Positions 27,513 through 38,063 of a stretch of 64,000 nt of DNA are shown in pieces; within the stretch, counting starts at the first letter, position 1; each line of letters starts with the position of its first letter. A model generated the notes under the pieces. The model saw nothing but the letters and a program-made list of their open reading frames with translations, searched no databases and was not told the DNA's origin. This DNA comes from Oligoflexales bacterium (GTDB lineage: Bacteria; Bdellovibrionota_B; Oligoflexia; Oligoflexales; CAIYRB01): positions 25,829-89,828 of the forward strand of contig JBGSUI010000188.1 in assembly GCA_041736175.1 (NCBI GenBank), written 5' to 3'. A program made the position numbers and the translations under genes.

Positions 27513-28840
27513 ACCCTACTGCCTCCGCGGGGCCTTATCGTGCCTTTTTTCAAGAAACTATCGTATCTCAAAGATTGACGGTGCGCATCGATCTGCCGGT
27601 AGGTCTCCAGGGCAACACCAACCACAATAAGTAGACTCGTTCCACCAAAATAAAACTGAATATTAAACCGAGCCGTCAACACAGATGGGATGATACAGAG
27701 GGCCGCTAAATAAATAGCCCCGGACAACGTCAACCGGCTGACTATATTGTCTAAGAATTCTGCAGTCCTCGCCCCTGGCCTAATACCTGGGATAAAGCCG
27801 CCGTTCTTCTTAAGATTCTCTGCAATATCATCTGCCTTGAAGGTTATTGAAGTATAGAAGAAGGCAAAAAATACAATCATGACTACATAAACAAAGTTAT
27901 AAAACCAACCACCAGGACTGAAAAAGATTCCCAACCAAGTGCCAACAGGAGTGTTGGGCCAAAACCCCTGCATTGTTACAGGAAACTGCAGTAGGGAACT
28001 TGCAAAAATAGGGGGAATCACGCCGGCGGCATTGACTCTTACGGGTAGGTTGGAGGATTGTCCTCCATAAACCTTGCGTCCAACTTGTCTTTTAGCATAT
28101 TGAATCGGAACTTGCCTTGCCCCTTGCTCGATATAAACGACTCCTGCTGTCACCGCTAAACACACTGCGATCACCAACAAAATTCGCCCCATGTCCATCT
28201 CACCACCATGGTATTGGGTATAAGTACTGGTCACTACCCTTGGAATGGTCGCTACTATTCCCGCAAAAATCACCAGAGACATCCCATTACCAACACCACG
28301 CTCAGTGATCTGCTCACCTAGCCACATAATAAAGGCTGTTCCAGCAGTCAGTGAAATCACAGTGAGGGCTTTCCAACCAAAACCCGGATCAAGGACAAGT
28401 TGTCGGCCACCAAAACTCGTTCCAGCCAAGGAATTAGCGATCATCATACCTTGGACTACCGCTAAAACCACCGCTCCGTAGCGAGTATACTGGGTTATCT
28501 TTTTTCGACCGGCTTCCCCTTCTTTCGAAAGCTGTTCCAGTGGGCCTACAACGACCGTCAAGAGTTGTGCAATGATCGATGCGGAGATATAGGGCATCAC
28601 ACCAAGAGCACAAACACTGAAGTTCTCAAGGGCGCCCCCTGAAAACATGTTGAACATACCGAATAAATTTCCACCCTGGCCCCTAAAGAAGTCCGCTATG
28701 GCAGCGGTATCTACCCCTGGAATAGGGATATGGACTCCAATTCTGTACAGGGCCAAAAAGCCTAGAGTGAACAGGATCTTCTTTTGGAGATGATTCAACG
28801 TACCTTCTGGTAGCTTGGATATTCTCTGACCCACGTTCAC
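27509..28840 (-). CDS. secY: Preprotein translocase SecY
   Basis: LGVMPYISASI, GVGNGMSL, GVIPPIFA, FIPGIRPG, GGTSLLIVVGV. Confidence 0.99.
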   Translation of the reverse strand: MNVGQRISKLPEGTLNHLQKKILFTLGFLALYRIGVHIPIPGVDTAAIADFFRGQGGNLFGMFNMFSGGALENFSVCALGVMPYISASIIAQLLTVVVGPLEQLSKEGEAGRKKITQYTRYGAVVLAVVQGMMIANSLAGTSFGGRQLVLDPGFGWKALTVISLTAGTAFIMWLGEQITERGVGNGMSLVIFAGIVATIPRVVTSTYTQYHGGEMDMGRILLVIAVCLAVTAGVVYIEQGARQVPIQYAKRQVGRKVYGGQSSNLPVRVNAAGVIPPIFASSLLQFPVTMQGFWPNTPVGTWLGIFFSPGGWFYNFVYVVMIVFFAFFYTSITFKADDIAENLKKNGGFIPGIRPGARTAEFLDNIVSRLTLSGAIYLAALCIIPSVLTARFNIQFYFGGTSLLIVVGVALETYRQIDAHRQSLRYDSFLKKGTIRPRGGSRV

Positions 28841-28868
28841 CCTTTCCTTGCGTCTGCCTTGATCTGGC

Positions 28869-29351
28869 TTAGTTTCCTACCATATTAAGCTTTCCGCCAG
28901 CTTTTTCAACAGCTTGTTGAGCTGATTGGCTCACTCGATCAACAGACACCTCAAGGGCTTTTTTAAGCTCCCCTCGGCCTAGTAGCTTAATAGGCCGTCC
29001 TTCGTAACGTATCAGGCCTTTTTTATTTAAAGTCTCAAATGAAACCACCTCACCGGCATTGTAAAGGCTCTCGATCTGATCTAAATTTACGAGATTGTAT
29101 TCAACTCGAAATTTATTGGTGAAACCCCGTTTAGGTAGGCGCATATAGAGTTTCATCTGCCCACCCTCAAACCCGGCACGGACATTCCCGCTTTTCCGAG
29201 CTCTTTGCCCTTTGTGTCCACGGCCTGCGGTCTTACCGAGCCCTGAACCGATACCACGTCCGAGCCTTTTTCGAGTCCGGTGTGATCCACTTGCAGGAGA
29301 GAGATTCCCCAAATTTTTGATTGTAGTCTTCACTTCATTTCCAGCTGTCAT
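28869..29351 (-). CDS. rplO: 50S ribosomal protein L15
   Basis: RLGRGIGSGLGKTAGRGHKGQ, GFEGGQ. Confidence 0.98.
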   Translation of the reverse strand: MTAGNEVKTTIKNLGNLSPASGSHRTRKRLGRGIGSGLGKTAGRGHKGQRARKSGNVRAGFEGGQMKLYMRLPKRGFTNKFRVEYNLVNLDQIESLYNAGEVVSFETLNKKGLIRYEGRPIKLLGRGELKKALEVSVDRVSQSAQQAVEKAGGKLNMVGN

Positions 29352-29355
29352 GTGT

Positions 29356-29538
29356 CTAGCCCCCGACCTTAAAGGACACTAGGTGTCGAACTTTATTGAC
29401 CATACCACGGATACAGTTGTTATCTTTCTGTATCACAGTCTGCCCAATCCTCTTGAGCCCAAGTCCCGCCATCACTTTACGGACCTTTTCCGGTTCGCTG
29501 ATAAGGCTCTTTGTTTGGGTAATTTCAATTTTTGACAT
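29356..29538 (-). CDS. rpmD: 50S ribosomal protein L30
   Basis: Position in spc operon; LGLKRIGQTV, IRGMVNKV.HLV. Confidence 0.95.
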   Translation of the reverse strand: MSKIEITQTKSLISEPEKVRKVMAGLGLKRIGQTVIQKDNNCIRGMVNKVRHLVSFKVGG

Positions 29539-29552
29539 TTCGTGGAACTCCC

Positions 29553-30158
29553 TTATCCTTTAGCCCTAGCAGCCACTTTTGCTTTTCGTTTTTCAGAAGT
29601 CGTCTGTCTCTTCTGTTGCGCTGTCTCAACTGGGGCGCCTCTTTTAGCTGAGTACTCTTCGATCTTCTCAAGCTGCATAAGCCCATCAATGGTTGCCCGG
29701 ACGACACTGCCAGAATTCTTAGTGCCATGAACTTTACACACGATATCCCTGATGCCAGCAAGCTCCGTGATCACACGGACCGCTCCACCGGCAATGATCC
29801 CTTTACCTTTTTTTGCAGGGTTCATAAGGACACTACAAGACCCATACCTGCCGATGACATCATAGGGTATTGTTCCCTCAACCATCGGAATCTTGTAGAG
29901 ATTCTTCTTAGCCTGCTCCGATGCCTTTCTAATAGCATCTGGAACCTCTCCGGCTTTACCCAGACCGAATCCAACTCGTTCCTTCCCGTCCCCAACAACA
30001 ACCAGGGCACTGAAGCTAAACCGTCGTCCGCCTTTTACAACTTTTGCAACTCGAGCAATATGGACCACCCGGTCTTGAAAACCGTCGCTACTTTCTCGGT
30101 CACCCCGATTCTGGTCGTTATTTCGAGGTCCCTTGTCTCTATTTTCTTCACGTGCCAT
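29553..30158 (-). CDS. rpsE: 30S ribosomal protein S5
   Basis: [22 protein letters not shown]; charged N- and C-terminal extensions. Confidence 0.98.
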   Translation of the reverse strand: MAREENRDKGPRNNDQNRGDRESSDGFQDRVVHIARVAKVVKGGRRFSFSALVVVGDGKERVGFGLGKAGEVPDAIRKASEQAKKNLYKIPMVEGTIPYDVIGRYGSCSVLMNPAKKGKGIIAGGAVRVITELAGIRDIVCKVHGTKNSGSVVRATIDGLMQLEKIEEYSAKRGAPVETAQQKRQTTSEKRKAKVAARAKG

Positions 30159-30173
30159 GTGTTTTGTCCCTTT

Positions 30174-30530
30174 TTAGAACTGAAGCCCGCCCTCCCTAGC
30201 TCCATCCGCTAGGGCTTTGATGCGTCCGTGGTAGGTATAGCCATTTTTGTCAAATACTACTGCATTTATATTTTTCGCTTTGCACCGCCCAGCCAGCTCT
30301 TTGCCAAGGTTCGAACAAGCCTCTACATTGGCCTTGCTATGATTTCCCTTCTCAAAGGAGCTTATAGATACCAAAGTCTGTCCTTGGTTATCATCAATGA
30401 CTTGGACATAAACATGACGCTCGGAGCGGAACACCGAAACTCTAGGCCGCTCGCCGGTCCCAAATATCTTTTTGCGTATTCTCTTCTTCCGCCTGTCACG
30501 TAGAGCTGATTTTTTGGCTTGTTGGCTCAC
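30174..30530 (-). CDS. rplR: 50S ribosomal protein L18
   Basis: RPRVSVFRS, YHGRIKALADGAREGGLQF. Confidence 0.98.
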   Translation of the reverse strand: MSQQAKKSALRDRRKKRIRKKIFGTGERPRVSVFRSERHVYVQVIDDNQGQTLVSISSFEKGNHSKANVEACSNLGKELAGRCKAKNINAVVFDKNGYTYHGRIKALADGAREGGLQF

Positions 30531-30555
30531 GTTAACCCCCTGATCTTATTTGAAA

Positions 30556-31092
30556 TCACTTTTTACCAGCGGCCTTACCGACCTTCGTTATAATTTTCTC
30601 GTCTTCATACCGAACGCCTTTACCATGATATGGCTCTGGTGGTCGGAATCCCCTAACCTTGGCGGCAACCTGGCCTACTAATTCTTTATCAGCTCCGCTC
30701 ACCACTAAGATCGTCTGTTGGTCGACTTTGATCTCAACCCCTGTAGGCGGTTCATATTCAATGGGATGACTAAAACCGAGAGAGAGATTTACTTTTTTCC
30801 CGGCTGATGCTGCCCTATACCCTACTCCAACGAGCTTGAGCCGCTTAGAGAAACCCTGACTTACCCCTAGGACCATATTGTTAACAAGAGTCCTTGTAAG
30901 CCCCTGGAAATTCCGGTGCAGGCTATCTTTAACGGAAACATTGACATGGTTCCCTTCCAAGGCAATGTCAACCTGGTTATGAATTTTTCTATTAAGCTGC
31001 CCTTTAGGGCCTTTGACACCAACGTCTTTTCCGTTGATTGTCACAGTGACACCTTTAGGTAGCTCTATTGGTTTTTTTCCAATTCTTGACAT
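30556..31092 (-). CDS. rplF: 50S ribosomal protein L6
   Basis: MSRIGKKPI, RPPEPYHGKGVRY. Confidence 0.98.
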   Translation of the reverse strand: MSRIGKKPIELPKGVTVTINGKDVGVKGPKGQLNRKIHNQVDIALEGNHVNVSVKDSLHRNFQGLTRTLVNNMVLGVSQGFSKRLKLVGVGYRAASAGKKVNLSLGFSHPIEYEPPTGVEIKVDQQTILVVSGADKELVGQVAAKVRGFRPPEPYHGKGVRYEDEKIITKVGKAAGKK

Positions 31093-31101
31093 GAGAGTCC
31101 T

Positions 31102-31500
31102 CTAATAAACTGTGCAAATGAGTTCGCCGCCCACATGCTCGCCCCGAGCCATTCGGTCGACCATAAGCCCTTTTGATGTCGATAAAATGGCACATCCAAA
31201 GCCATTCTTTACGTACGGAATTGCATCAGCATGCACATAAACTCGCTTCCCTGGCTTGCTGACTCGATCGATACCACTGATGACTGGCTTTCCCTCATCA
31301 CCATATTTGAGTGCGATCTTAAGGACACCTTGTCGGTCATCCCGGATACATTTATAAGCACGAATGTAACCCTGTTCTTTAAGGAGATGAGCAATACCGA
31401 TCTTGATTTTAGATGCGGGTATACTCACCACTTCTACCCCGGCTTTTTGCGCGTTCCTAACCCTTGTTAAAAGGTCAGCAATTGGATCTGTTACATTCAT
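31102..31500 (-). CDS. rpsH: 30S ribosomal protein S8
   Basis: DPIADLLTRVRNA, SKPGKRVY, STSKG, GGELIC. Confidence 0.98.
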   Translation of the reverse strand: MNVTDPIADLLTRVRNAQKAGVEVVSIPASKIKIGIAHLLKEQGYIRAYKCIRDDRQGVLKIALKYGDEGKPVISGIDRVSKPGKRVYVHADAIPYVKNGFGCAILSTSKGLMVDRMARGEHVGGELICTVY

Positions 31501-31579
31501 GACTTAACCATACTCCGTATGTTAACAATTCTCTTTTCTCGACTTTAGGTTCTAAAGACTACACCCTGAGGCTGTTGGA

Positions 31580-31849
31580 CTACCAGGACGCTTTGGTCAC
31601 ACCTGGAAGGAGGCCCTTCAGAGCCAACTGCCTGAAACAGATCCTGCAAATCCCGAATTTCCGATAAACAGCTTTTGGCCTACCACAGTTGTTACAACGA
31701 GTATAAGCCCTTGACGAATAGGTCAACTTGGATTTGACTTCACGCCACTTAAGTTTCTTCTCGTTCATTTCGCTGATCAGCGCCGCCTTCTGGCGAGCCA
31801 CTCTTTCATTAACTTTTTCGCACTTTTTAATACTAGCGACCCTTGCCAT
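31580..31849 (-). CDS. rpsN: 30S ribosomal protein S14 (Zn-ribbon type with N-terminal insertion)
   Basis: RCNNCGRP...[13 protein letters not shown]; 89 aa. Confidence 0.95.
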   Translation of the reverse strand: MARVASIKKCEKVNERVARQKAALISEMNEKKLKWREVKSKLTYSSRAYTRCNNCGRPKAVYRKFGICRICFRQLALKGLLPGVTKASW

Positions 31850-31867
31850 TGCTTTTACTCCTTTGAA

Positions 31868-32419
31868 TCATGATTTACGAAATGGAAAATTAAAGCGATC
31901 CAAAAGAGCTTTGGCTTCAACGTCGTTCTCTGCACTGGTCACTATCGTTATACCAAGGCCCCGCACTCTATCAACTTTATCGTAATCAATCTCAGGGAAG
32001 ATGATTTGTTCCTTCAACCCAACATTGTAGTTTCCACGTCCATCGAATGCTTTTGCCGAAAAACCCCTAAAATCCCGAATTCGTGGAACCGTAATATTGA
32101 TAAAACGGTCCAGAAACTCATACATCCGGTCGCCGCGAAGCGTTACCGCACAACCAATGGGCATACCCTCTCGCAACTTAAAGGTCGCGATAGACTTTTT
32201 TGCTTTTGTCATCACAGGTTTTTGACCTGTGATCGCCGTCAAATCCGCGACTGCACCCTCAAGACTCTTAATGTTCTGGGTCGCATCACCTTGTCCGATA
32301 TTCACCACGATCTTTTTGAGCCCTGGAACACGCATTTTATTTTTGATGCCAAGGTCTGTCATCAAGCTACTGAATTCGGACTTGTATTTTGTTTTCAATG
32401 TTGGTTGATAGGATGACAT
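31868..32419 (-). CDS. rplE: 50S ribosomal protein L5
   Basis: [27 protein letters not shown]. Confidence 0.99.
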   Translation of the reverse strand: MSSYQPTLKTKYKSEFSSLMTDLGIKNKMRVPGLKKIVVNIGQGDATQNIKSLEGAVADLTAITGQKPVMTKAKKSIATFKLREGMPIGCAVTLRGDRMYEFLDRFINITVPRIRDFRGFSAKAFDGRGNYNVGLKEQIIFPEIDYDKVDRVRGLGITIVTSAENDVEAKALLDRFNFPFRKS

Positions 32420-32431
32420 TTTTTTAACCTT

Positions 32432-32803
32432 TCAAAGTACTTCTGGTGCTAGGGATGCAATTCTCACATACCCCTTCGCCCTAACTTCACGGGCCACGGG
32501 TCCGAATATCCGCGTTCCAACTGGCTCGCTTTCCTTGCCCTTAATCAGAACACATGCATTTTCGTCAAATCGTATAGTGGTTCCATCGTCTCGCTGGATC
32601 TCTTTTTTGGTCCTAACAACGACTGCCTTGTGAACCGTCCCTTTTTTAACTTTACTATTGGCAAGTGTTTCTTTGATTGAAACGACAATGACATCCCCTA
32701 CCGCTGCGTAGCGCTTCTTGCTGCCGCCAATGACCTTGAAACATTTAAGGGTGCGGGCTCCGGAGTTGTCTGCACTTTGTAGAACTGTTTCCATCTGAAT
32801 CAT
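32432..32803 (-). CDS. rplN: 50S ribosomal protein L14
   Basis: MIQ...[24 protein letters not shown]. Confidence 0.99.
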   Translation of the reverse strand: MIQMETVLQSADNSGARTLKCFKVIGGSKKRYAAVGDVIVVSIKETLANSKVKKGTVHKAVVVRTKKEIQRDDGTTIRFDENACVLIKGKESEPVGTRIFGPVAREVRAKGYVRIASLAPEVL

Positions 32804-32808
32804 TGGTG

Positions 32809-33075
32809 CTACTCCTTAGCCTTTTTCACAATTTCAATAAGGGTAAACTTCTTACGTGAACTATGGGGGCGCGAAGCAGCGATTAGAACTAAATCGCCTG
32901 ACTTGCTCGCATTAGACTCGTCGTGAAACATCAACTTTGTCGTTTTGCGAATAAACCGACCATATTTCTCATGCTTTACGAGTCTCTCGACCGTCGCTAC
33001 GCGGGACTTTTGCATCTTATCGCTTGTCACGCGCACAGTTAATGGTCGTGCTTTTTTATCTTTATGCTCACTCAC
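32809..33075 (-). CDS. rpsQ: 30S ribosomal protein S17
   Basis: V.SDKMQKS, H.KYG, HDE.N...GD.V.I...RP.S..K. Confidence 0.93.
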   Translation of the reverse strand: MSEHKDKKARPLTVRVTSDKMQKSRVATVERLVKHEKYGRFIRKTTKLMFHDESNASKSGDLVLIAASRPHSSRKKFTLIEIVKKAKE

Positions 33076-33107
33076 CGCGCACTCTCCCTCGTTCTTACTG
33101 GTCTACC

Positions 33108-33323
33108 CTATGATTTCTTAGACTTAGACTTGTTTTGGTTCTTAGCGGTTAGCACTCTTGCCAATGATTTCCTAAGGCCCTTTGCCGACTTCCTCTTACC
33201 TTTGATCCCATAAATATCGAGCTTGCCGACATTCATTTGAAGACGCAAACCCTTCTCAGCCTGAGTCAATTCAGTGGCATTGAGTTTTAACATTTCGCTA
33301 TAGGTTAGCTTTTCGTGTTCCAT
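33108..33323 (-). CDS. rpmC: 50S ribosomal protein L29 (highly divergent)
   Basis: Syntenic between rplP and rpsQ; C-terminal LRKSLARVLT resembles the L29 RR.IAR..T motif. Confidence 0.75.
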   Translation of the reverse strand: MEHEKLTYSEMLKLNATELTQAEKGLRLQMNVGKLDIYGIKGKRKSAKGLRKSLARVLTAKNQNKSKSKKS

Positions 33324-33346
33324 AACTTTATTTCTCCGGTCTTATC

Positions 33347-33769
33347 TCAGACCCAGGGGTCTAGGCCTTTTATGATTAATTTGGTCCGAATGGGAAGTTT
33401 CGAAGCGGCTAAACTGAGGGCCTGGGTAGCCGTCTCTTTATCTACACCATTCATCTCATAGATAATGCGCCCAGCCCTGATTCTTGCTTCGTAATGGTCG
33501 ATCGCGCCTTTACCGCCACCCATACGTACCTCGGCTGGTTTTTTCGAAATAGGAAAGTGGGGAAAAATCTTAATCCAGACCTGCCCACCTCTTTTTATGT
33601 GTCGGGTCATGGCAATACGTGCAGCCTCAATTTGCCTGGCTGTGACGCGCCCATTTTCCGCGGCCATAATCCCGAAATCACCGAAAGCAAGGTCGCTTCC
33701 TTTGGAGGCTTTCCCGGTAATCTTTCCCCGGAACGACTTCCGGTGTTTCATTTTCTTTGGAGATAACAT
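33347..33769 (-). CDS. rplP: 50S ribosomal protein L16
   Basis: MLSPKKMKHRK, RQIEAARIA, EVRMGGGKG. Confidence 0.99.
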   Translation of the reverse strand: MLSPKKMKHRKSFRGKITGKASKGSDLAFGDFGIMAAENGRVTARQIEAARIAMTRHIKRGGQVWIKIFPHFPISKKPAEVRMGGGKGAIDHYEARIRAGRIIYEMNGVDKETATQALSLAASKLPIRTKLIIKGLDPWV

Positions 33770-33781
33770 GCCCCTAGCTCC

Positions 33782-34429
33782 TTACTGTACCGTGTCAAAG
33801 ACTTCGCCTCGGAAAATCCATACCTTCACACCGATCAGGCCATAGGTCGTCATGGCCTCAGCGGTTGCATAATCGATATCTGCACGCAGCGTATGCAAGG
33901 GGACGCGCCCTTCCATGTAACGCTCGGTTCTGGACATATCTGCCCCACCCAATCTTCCCGCACACTGAACTTTTACACCTTTGGCGCCAGCTTTAATTCC
34001 TGAAGTGATCGCTTTTTTCATCGCGCGACGGAAAGAAACCCTTCTTTCTAACTGCTGCTTCACGCTCTCGGCGAGGAGCTTAGCTTCTACATCTGGTTTC
34101 TTAACTTCAAAAACCTTTAAGACTGGCTCACCTGATTTTATTTTGCAGTGCTTTATGAGCTCATCTTTAAGGGTTTCTGCTCCTGAGCCCTTCTTGCCAA
34201 TGATCACACCAGGACGTGCGCTATAAATATTCACCGTAAGATTCTTGGCAGCTCTTTCGATCTCAATTCGGGCTATGCCAGCAGCATCGAACTTCTTAGC
34301 CACATACTGCCTTATCCGAATATCTTCCATCAAATTGATAGGATAATCTCTTTTGTTTGCATACCATCGGGAGGACCAAGTTCTTGTAGTCCCCAGACGA
34401 AACCCTACTGGATTAACTTTTTGTCCCAA
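33782..34429 (-). CDS. rpsC: 30S ribosomal protein S3
   Basis: [27 protein letters not shown]. Confidence 0.99.
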   Translation of the reverse strand: MGQKVNPVGFRLGTTRTWSSRWYANKRDYPINLMEDIRIRQYVAKKFDAAGIARIEIERAAKNLTVNIYSARPGVIIGKKGSGAETLKDELIKHCKIKSGEPVLKVFEVKKPDVEAKLLAESVKQQLERRVSFRRAMKKAITSGIKAGAKGVKVQCAGRLGGADMSRTERYMEGRVPLHTLRADIDYATAEAMTTYGLIGVKVWIFRGEVFDTVQ

Positions 34430-34448
34430 AGCACATCTCCCTAATGGA

Positions 34449-34787
34449 TTAAATCTCTTTTAACTTGATTGTTATATGTGAGGTGCGTTTCTGAATAGGG
34501 GTCGCCCTTCCCTGTGCACGTGGTAACCATCTCTTTAAGGACGTCCCCCCATCCACGAAGCCTTCGGAGACAATAAGTCTATCAACATCGACAGTCGCTT
34601 TATTGGTCGCATTGGCTATCGCCGACACTATCATTTTCGCTACGATCGGAGCAGAACGCTTATTGGTATTTTTTAATAATTCTAGCGCATACTGCACTGG
34701 TTTACCTTTGACAAGATTAACCACCAATCGGACTTTTCGAGGTGCTATTCTCAAATTCTTTAACACTGCCTTTGATGCCTCTGCCAT
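34449..34787 (-). CDS. rplV: 50S ribosomal protein L22
   Basis: [23 protein letters not shown]. Confidence 0.98.
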   Translation of the reverse strand: MAEASKAVLKNLRIAPRKVRLVVNLVKGKPVQYALELLKNTNKRSAPIVAKMIVSAIANATNKATVDVDRLIVSEGFVDGGTSLKRWLPRAQGRATPIQKRTSHITIKLKEI

Positions 34788-34827
34788 ACCAACACTCCCT
34801 TTGACTCGCTAAACTTCACTCAATCTC

Positions 34828-35115
34828 TCATTTCGCTGCTGGAGATGCACTCTTGACTTTTCGGTCTCCAGAGTGGCCGATAAAGGTTCTGGTTGGTGAA
34901 AATTCACCTAACTTATGTCCAACCATATTCTCGGTCACATAGACTGGGATAAACTTCTTGCCATTATGAACCGCAAAGGTCAAGCCAACAAAATCCGGTA
35001 TGATTGTTGAACGTCGAGACCAGGTTTTGATTGGCTTTTTGTCTTGCCGAGCCTGCTCTGCTTTTTTTATAAGGTACTCGTCAAGAAACGGACCTTTCTT
35101 TACTGAACGAGACAA
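34828..35115 (-). CDS. rpsS: 30S ribosomal protein S19
   Basis: [27 protein letters not shown]. Confidence 0.99.
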   Translation of the reverse strand: MSRSVKKGPFLDEYLIKKAEQARQDKKPIKTWSRRSTIIPDFVGLTFAVHNGKKFIPVYVTENMVGHKLGEFSPTRTFIGHSGDRKVKSASPAAK

Positions 35116-35138
35116 TGGTAATACCTCCGAATATTCGT

Positions 35139-35984
35139 TTACTTGACCCGAGATTCACGACGCTTTGCGGCGCGACGAATGATATCTTTGTCGGTTCGCT
35201 TGTTTTTACGAGTTTTATAACCTTTTGTAGGCTGTGCCCATGGAGAAACAGGATGGCGACCACCGGACGTTTTTCCCTCACCACCACCATGGGGGTGATC
35301 GATTGGGTTCATTGCCACCCCACGCACGGTCGGTCTGATTCCCAACCATCGGGAGCGACCAGCTTTACCTATAGAGACGTTGATCTGTTCCTGGTTGCTT
35401 ACCGAACCAATCGTGGCCATACACTCTTCTTGAACCCGCCTCATCTCGCCGGATGGCATCTTAAGCTGGGCCCAACCATCGACACGTCCCACTAACTGGC
35501 AGCGGGCACCGGCTGATCGAACCATTTTTGATCCGCCACCTGGCCTAAGCTCAATATTGTGAATATCAACACCATAAGGAATCGACTTTAACGGCATTGC
35601 ATTGCCGACTTTCACATCTGCTTTTTCTGAAGCAACGACTTTCATACCCTTTTGAAGCTGATCGGGGGCTATGATGTACCGCCGCTCACCATCGCTATAC
35701 AAGACTTTCGCAATAAATGCCGTGCGATTAGGATCGTATTCAATGGTCTCAACGATTCCTACAATATCTCTTTTATCGCGCTTCCAATCGATAATTCGAT
35801 ACTTTTGCCGACTACCGCCGCCTTTATGCCTTACGGTGATGCGGCCTTGATTGTTCCGTCCGGCGTTCTTTTTAAGACTGACCGTTAAAGAAGCAAGTGG
35901 TTCAACTTTATCAAGGTGAGAGTAGTCCACCGTTGACATTCCGCGTCGACCAGGAGATGTAGACTTATATTGTTTCGTGGCCAT
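35139..35984 (-). CDS. rplB: 50S ribosomal protein L2
   Basis: [32 protein letters not shown]. Confidence 0.99.
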   Translation of the reverse strand: MATKQYKSTSPGRRGMSTVDYSHLDKVEPLASLTVSLKKNAGRNNQGRITVRHKGGGSRQKYRIIDWKRDKRDIVGIVETIEYDPNRTAFIAKVLYSDGERRYIIAPDQLQKGMKVVASEKADVKVGNAMPLKSIPYGVDIHNIELRPGGGSKMVRSAGARCQLVGRVDGWAQLKMPSGEMRRVQEECMATIGSVSNQEQINVSIGKAGRSRWLGIRPTVRGVAMNPIDHPHGGGEGKTSGGRHPVSPWAQPTKGYKTRKNKRTDKDIIRRAAKRRESRVK

Positions 35985-36007
35985 AGGCTGGTACCTTTTA
36001 CTCCGGC

Positions 36008-36295
36008 TTATTTTACTTGAAAGATGTCGATATTTGAGTCTTTGCTAAGAGACACTACAGCTTTTTTCCAATTAGATCTCTTGGATTGACGAGCCCCTCG
36101 CTGGACTATTTTCCCGCGAATGATCGAAGTGTTCACAGCAAGTGCCTTCACTCCAAAGACCACTTCGATAGCCTTTTTAACGTCTTCCTTGGTCGCTTTA
36201 GGCTGTACAGCAAATGAAAATTGATTGAATTTTTTTCTGCTGCGTTCACCTTTTTCAGAGGTGATGGGCTTTATAAGTACATTATATGGATTCAT
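36008..36295 (-). CDS. rplW: 50S ribosomal protein L23
   Basis: P..SEK, ATK..VK.AIE.VFGV, WKKAVV. Confidence 0.95.
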   Translation of the reverse strand: MNPYNVLIKPITSEKGERSRKKFNQFSFAVQPKATKEDVKKAIEVVFGVKALAVNTSIIRGKIVQRGARQSKRSNWKKAVVSLSKDSNIDIFQVK

Positions 36296-36921
36296 TCTTT
36301 TGTCTCCTGAAATCTTTGGGCAAGCGAACTTAGTGCTGTCTCGCTAATGATAAGGTGCTCATAGCGAAGAACATTCTCTGCATTGATCTCACCTGGAGGT
36401 AAGACTTTGGCGCCGTATAGGTTTCTCGCAGATTTATAAAGAACATCATCTTTGCGTTCGTCTGCCAGCAGCGTTTTCGTTGCTTTAAAGTTTTCGATAA
36501 GCTTACGAATCTGCTTGGTTGAGTACTTTTCGATCGCAAAGTCGTTTACCACTATCAATCGATCGTGTCTTACCTTGTCGCTGAGGGCTACCTTAAGGGC
36601 CAACCGTCGAGCTTTTTTTGTTGTGTACTGGCGGTACGACCTAGGTTGTGGGCCGTGGGCCTCGCCACCACCGGGCATATGGGGGTTACGAAGACTCCCT
36701 TGACGGGCCCCACCGGTGCCTTTTTGTTTGAAGGGCTTTTTCCCTCCACCAGATACGAAAGCCTTCGTCTTAGTGGCATGGGTACCCTGGCGCCGATTGG
36801 CCTGATAAGCTTTGACCACCGAGTGGAGAATGGCTTCATTCATCTCGACATTGTAAATGTCATCAGGCACCTGGATGGTTTTGATTTTCGAGGCTTCGAT
36901 GTTATAGACATTCAATTCCAT
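36292..36921 (-). CDS. rplD: 50S ribosomal protein L4
   Basis: RQGTHATK, KPFKQKGTGGARQGS. Confidence 0.97.
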   Translation of the reverse strand: MELNVYNIEASKIKTIQVPDDIYNVEMNEAILHSVVKAYQANRRQGTHATKTKAFVSGGGKKPFKQKGTGGARQGSLRNPHMPGGGEAHGPQPRSYRQYTTKKARRLALKVALSDKVRHDRLIVVNDFAIEKYSTKQIRKLIENFKATKTLLADERKDDVLYKSARNLYGAKVLPPGEINAENVLRYEHLIISETALSSLAQRFQETKE

Positions 36922-36935
36922 GGTTTACGCCTCAC

Positions 36936-37604
36936 TTAAGATTTCTTAACCGCTTTGGGTTTTTTAGCTTTGATCGATGGTCTTATCACTAAAAATCCAT
37001 CCTTGTGACCTGGTACAGATCCCCTGACCGCAATCACCCGACTCTCTTGATCGAGATCTAAAACATCGAGGTTTAAGATCGTAACCTGCTCTGAACCGTA
37101 CTGACCTGGCTGGTGCCGATTCTTCATCACTCGACCCGGGGTCGATCTCATACCCAATGAACCAGGGGAACGATGGAATCTAGAACCGTGGGACATGCGA
37201 CCCACTGCTGAATTCCAACGAACGTGGGCACCGGAGAATCCACGACCTTTGGTAATCCCTGTGATATCGATCGCTTTGACGTCCTGGAGCAGATTTGAAA
37301 AATCAATTGCTTGGCCAAGCTCAGGAGCGGCAGTTCCAGGGACTAAGCGAAACTCCTGGTAGCGGATGAATTTCTCCTCGACTCCTGCCTGACTTAGTCT
37401 TCCCAGGTCGGCTTTATTAAGGTGTTTTTCACCCTTAGCATAGAATCCCACCTGAACAGCTTCGTAGCCGTCTTTTTCTAAGGTTAGTTTTTTTGTGACC
37501 TTTTGCTGCTCGACTTGCAAGAGTGTCACTGGTGTCACTCGTCCTTGTGCGTCGACCATTCTGGTCATTCCGATTTTCTTAGCGATGAGTCCGGCTGTTG
37601 TCAT
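36936..37604 (-). CDS. rplC: 50S ribosomal protein L3
   Basis: KIGMTR, GYEAVQVG, TKGRGF, SHGSRFHR.PGS. Confidence 0.98.
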   Translation of the reverse strand: MTTAGLIAKKIGMTRMVDAQGRVTPVTLLQVEQQKVTKKLTLEKDGYEAVQVGFYAKGEKHLNKADLGRLSQAGVEEKFIRYQEFRLVPGTAAPELGQAIDFSNLLQDVKAIDITGITKGRGFSGAHVRWNSAVGRMSHGSRFHRSPGSLGMRSTPGRVMKNRHQPGQYGSEQVTILNLDVLDLDQESRVIAVRGSVPGHKDGFLVIRPSIKAKKPKAVKKS

Positions 37605-37695
37605 TCCTGCAACCTGCCATTATTACTATGTGTTAAAGTCAAAGACGTTCCATTCAGGTTCGTCACATTTTCGATTCTTTTTTTAGGATGATGTC

Positions 37696-38007
37696 TCAAT
37701 AGAGTTTAATCTCGACGTCTACCCCAGAAGCAAGGTCAAGCTTCATCAAAGCATCGATGGTTTGCTGCTTTGGCTCCAAAATGTCGATCAACCTCTTATG
37801 GGTGCGCACTTCGAACTGCTCACGAGACTTTTTATCCACGTGAGGACTTCTTAACACCGTAAAGCGATTGATGCCAGTGGGGAGGGGGATAGGACCTGCG
37901 ACTTTAGCTCCCGTTCGTTTTGCCCGTTCCACAATGTCGGCTGCGGACTGGTCAAGGAGTCTGTAGTCATAACCTCGCAGGCGGATTCTGATTTTTTGAT
38001 TTTCCAT
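37696..38007 (-). CDS. rpsJ: 30S ribosomal protein S10
   Basis: [27 protein letters not shown]. Confidence 0.99.
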   Translation of the reverse strand: MENQKIRIRLRGYDYRLLDQSAADIVERAKRTGAKVAGPIPLPTGINRFTVLRSPHVDKKSREQFEVRTHKRLIDILEPKQQTIDALMKLDLASGVDVEIKLY

Positions 38008-38063
38008 AACAATCGCCTCTTGGATTACTCTCGATCTTGCTGGATCACATTAAAGGAAAGATA

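Noticed and set aside
37605..37695. Internal promoter between rpsJ and rplC (TTGACT...AATAAT)
   Set aside because: Spacing of about 12 bp is incompatible with a sigma70 promoter.
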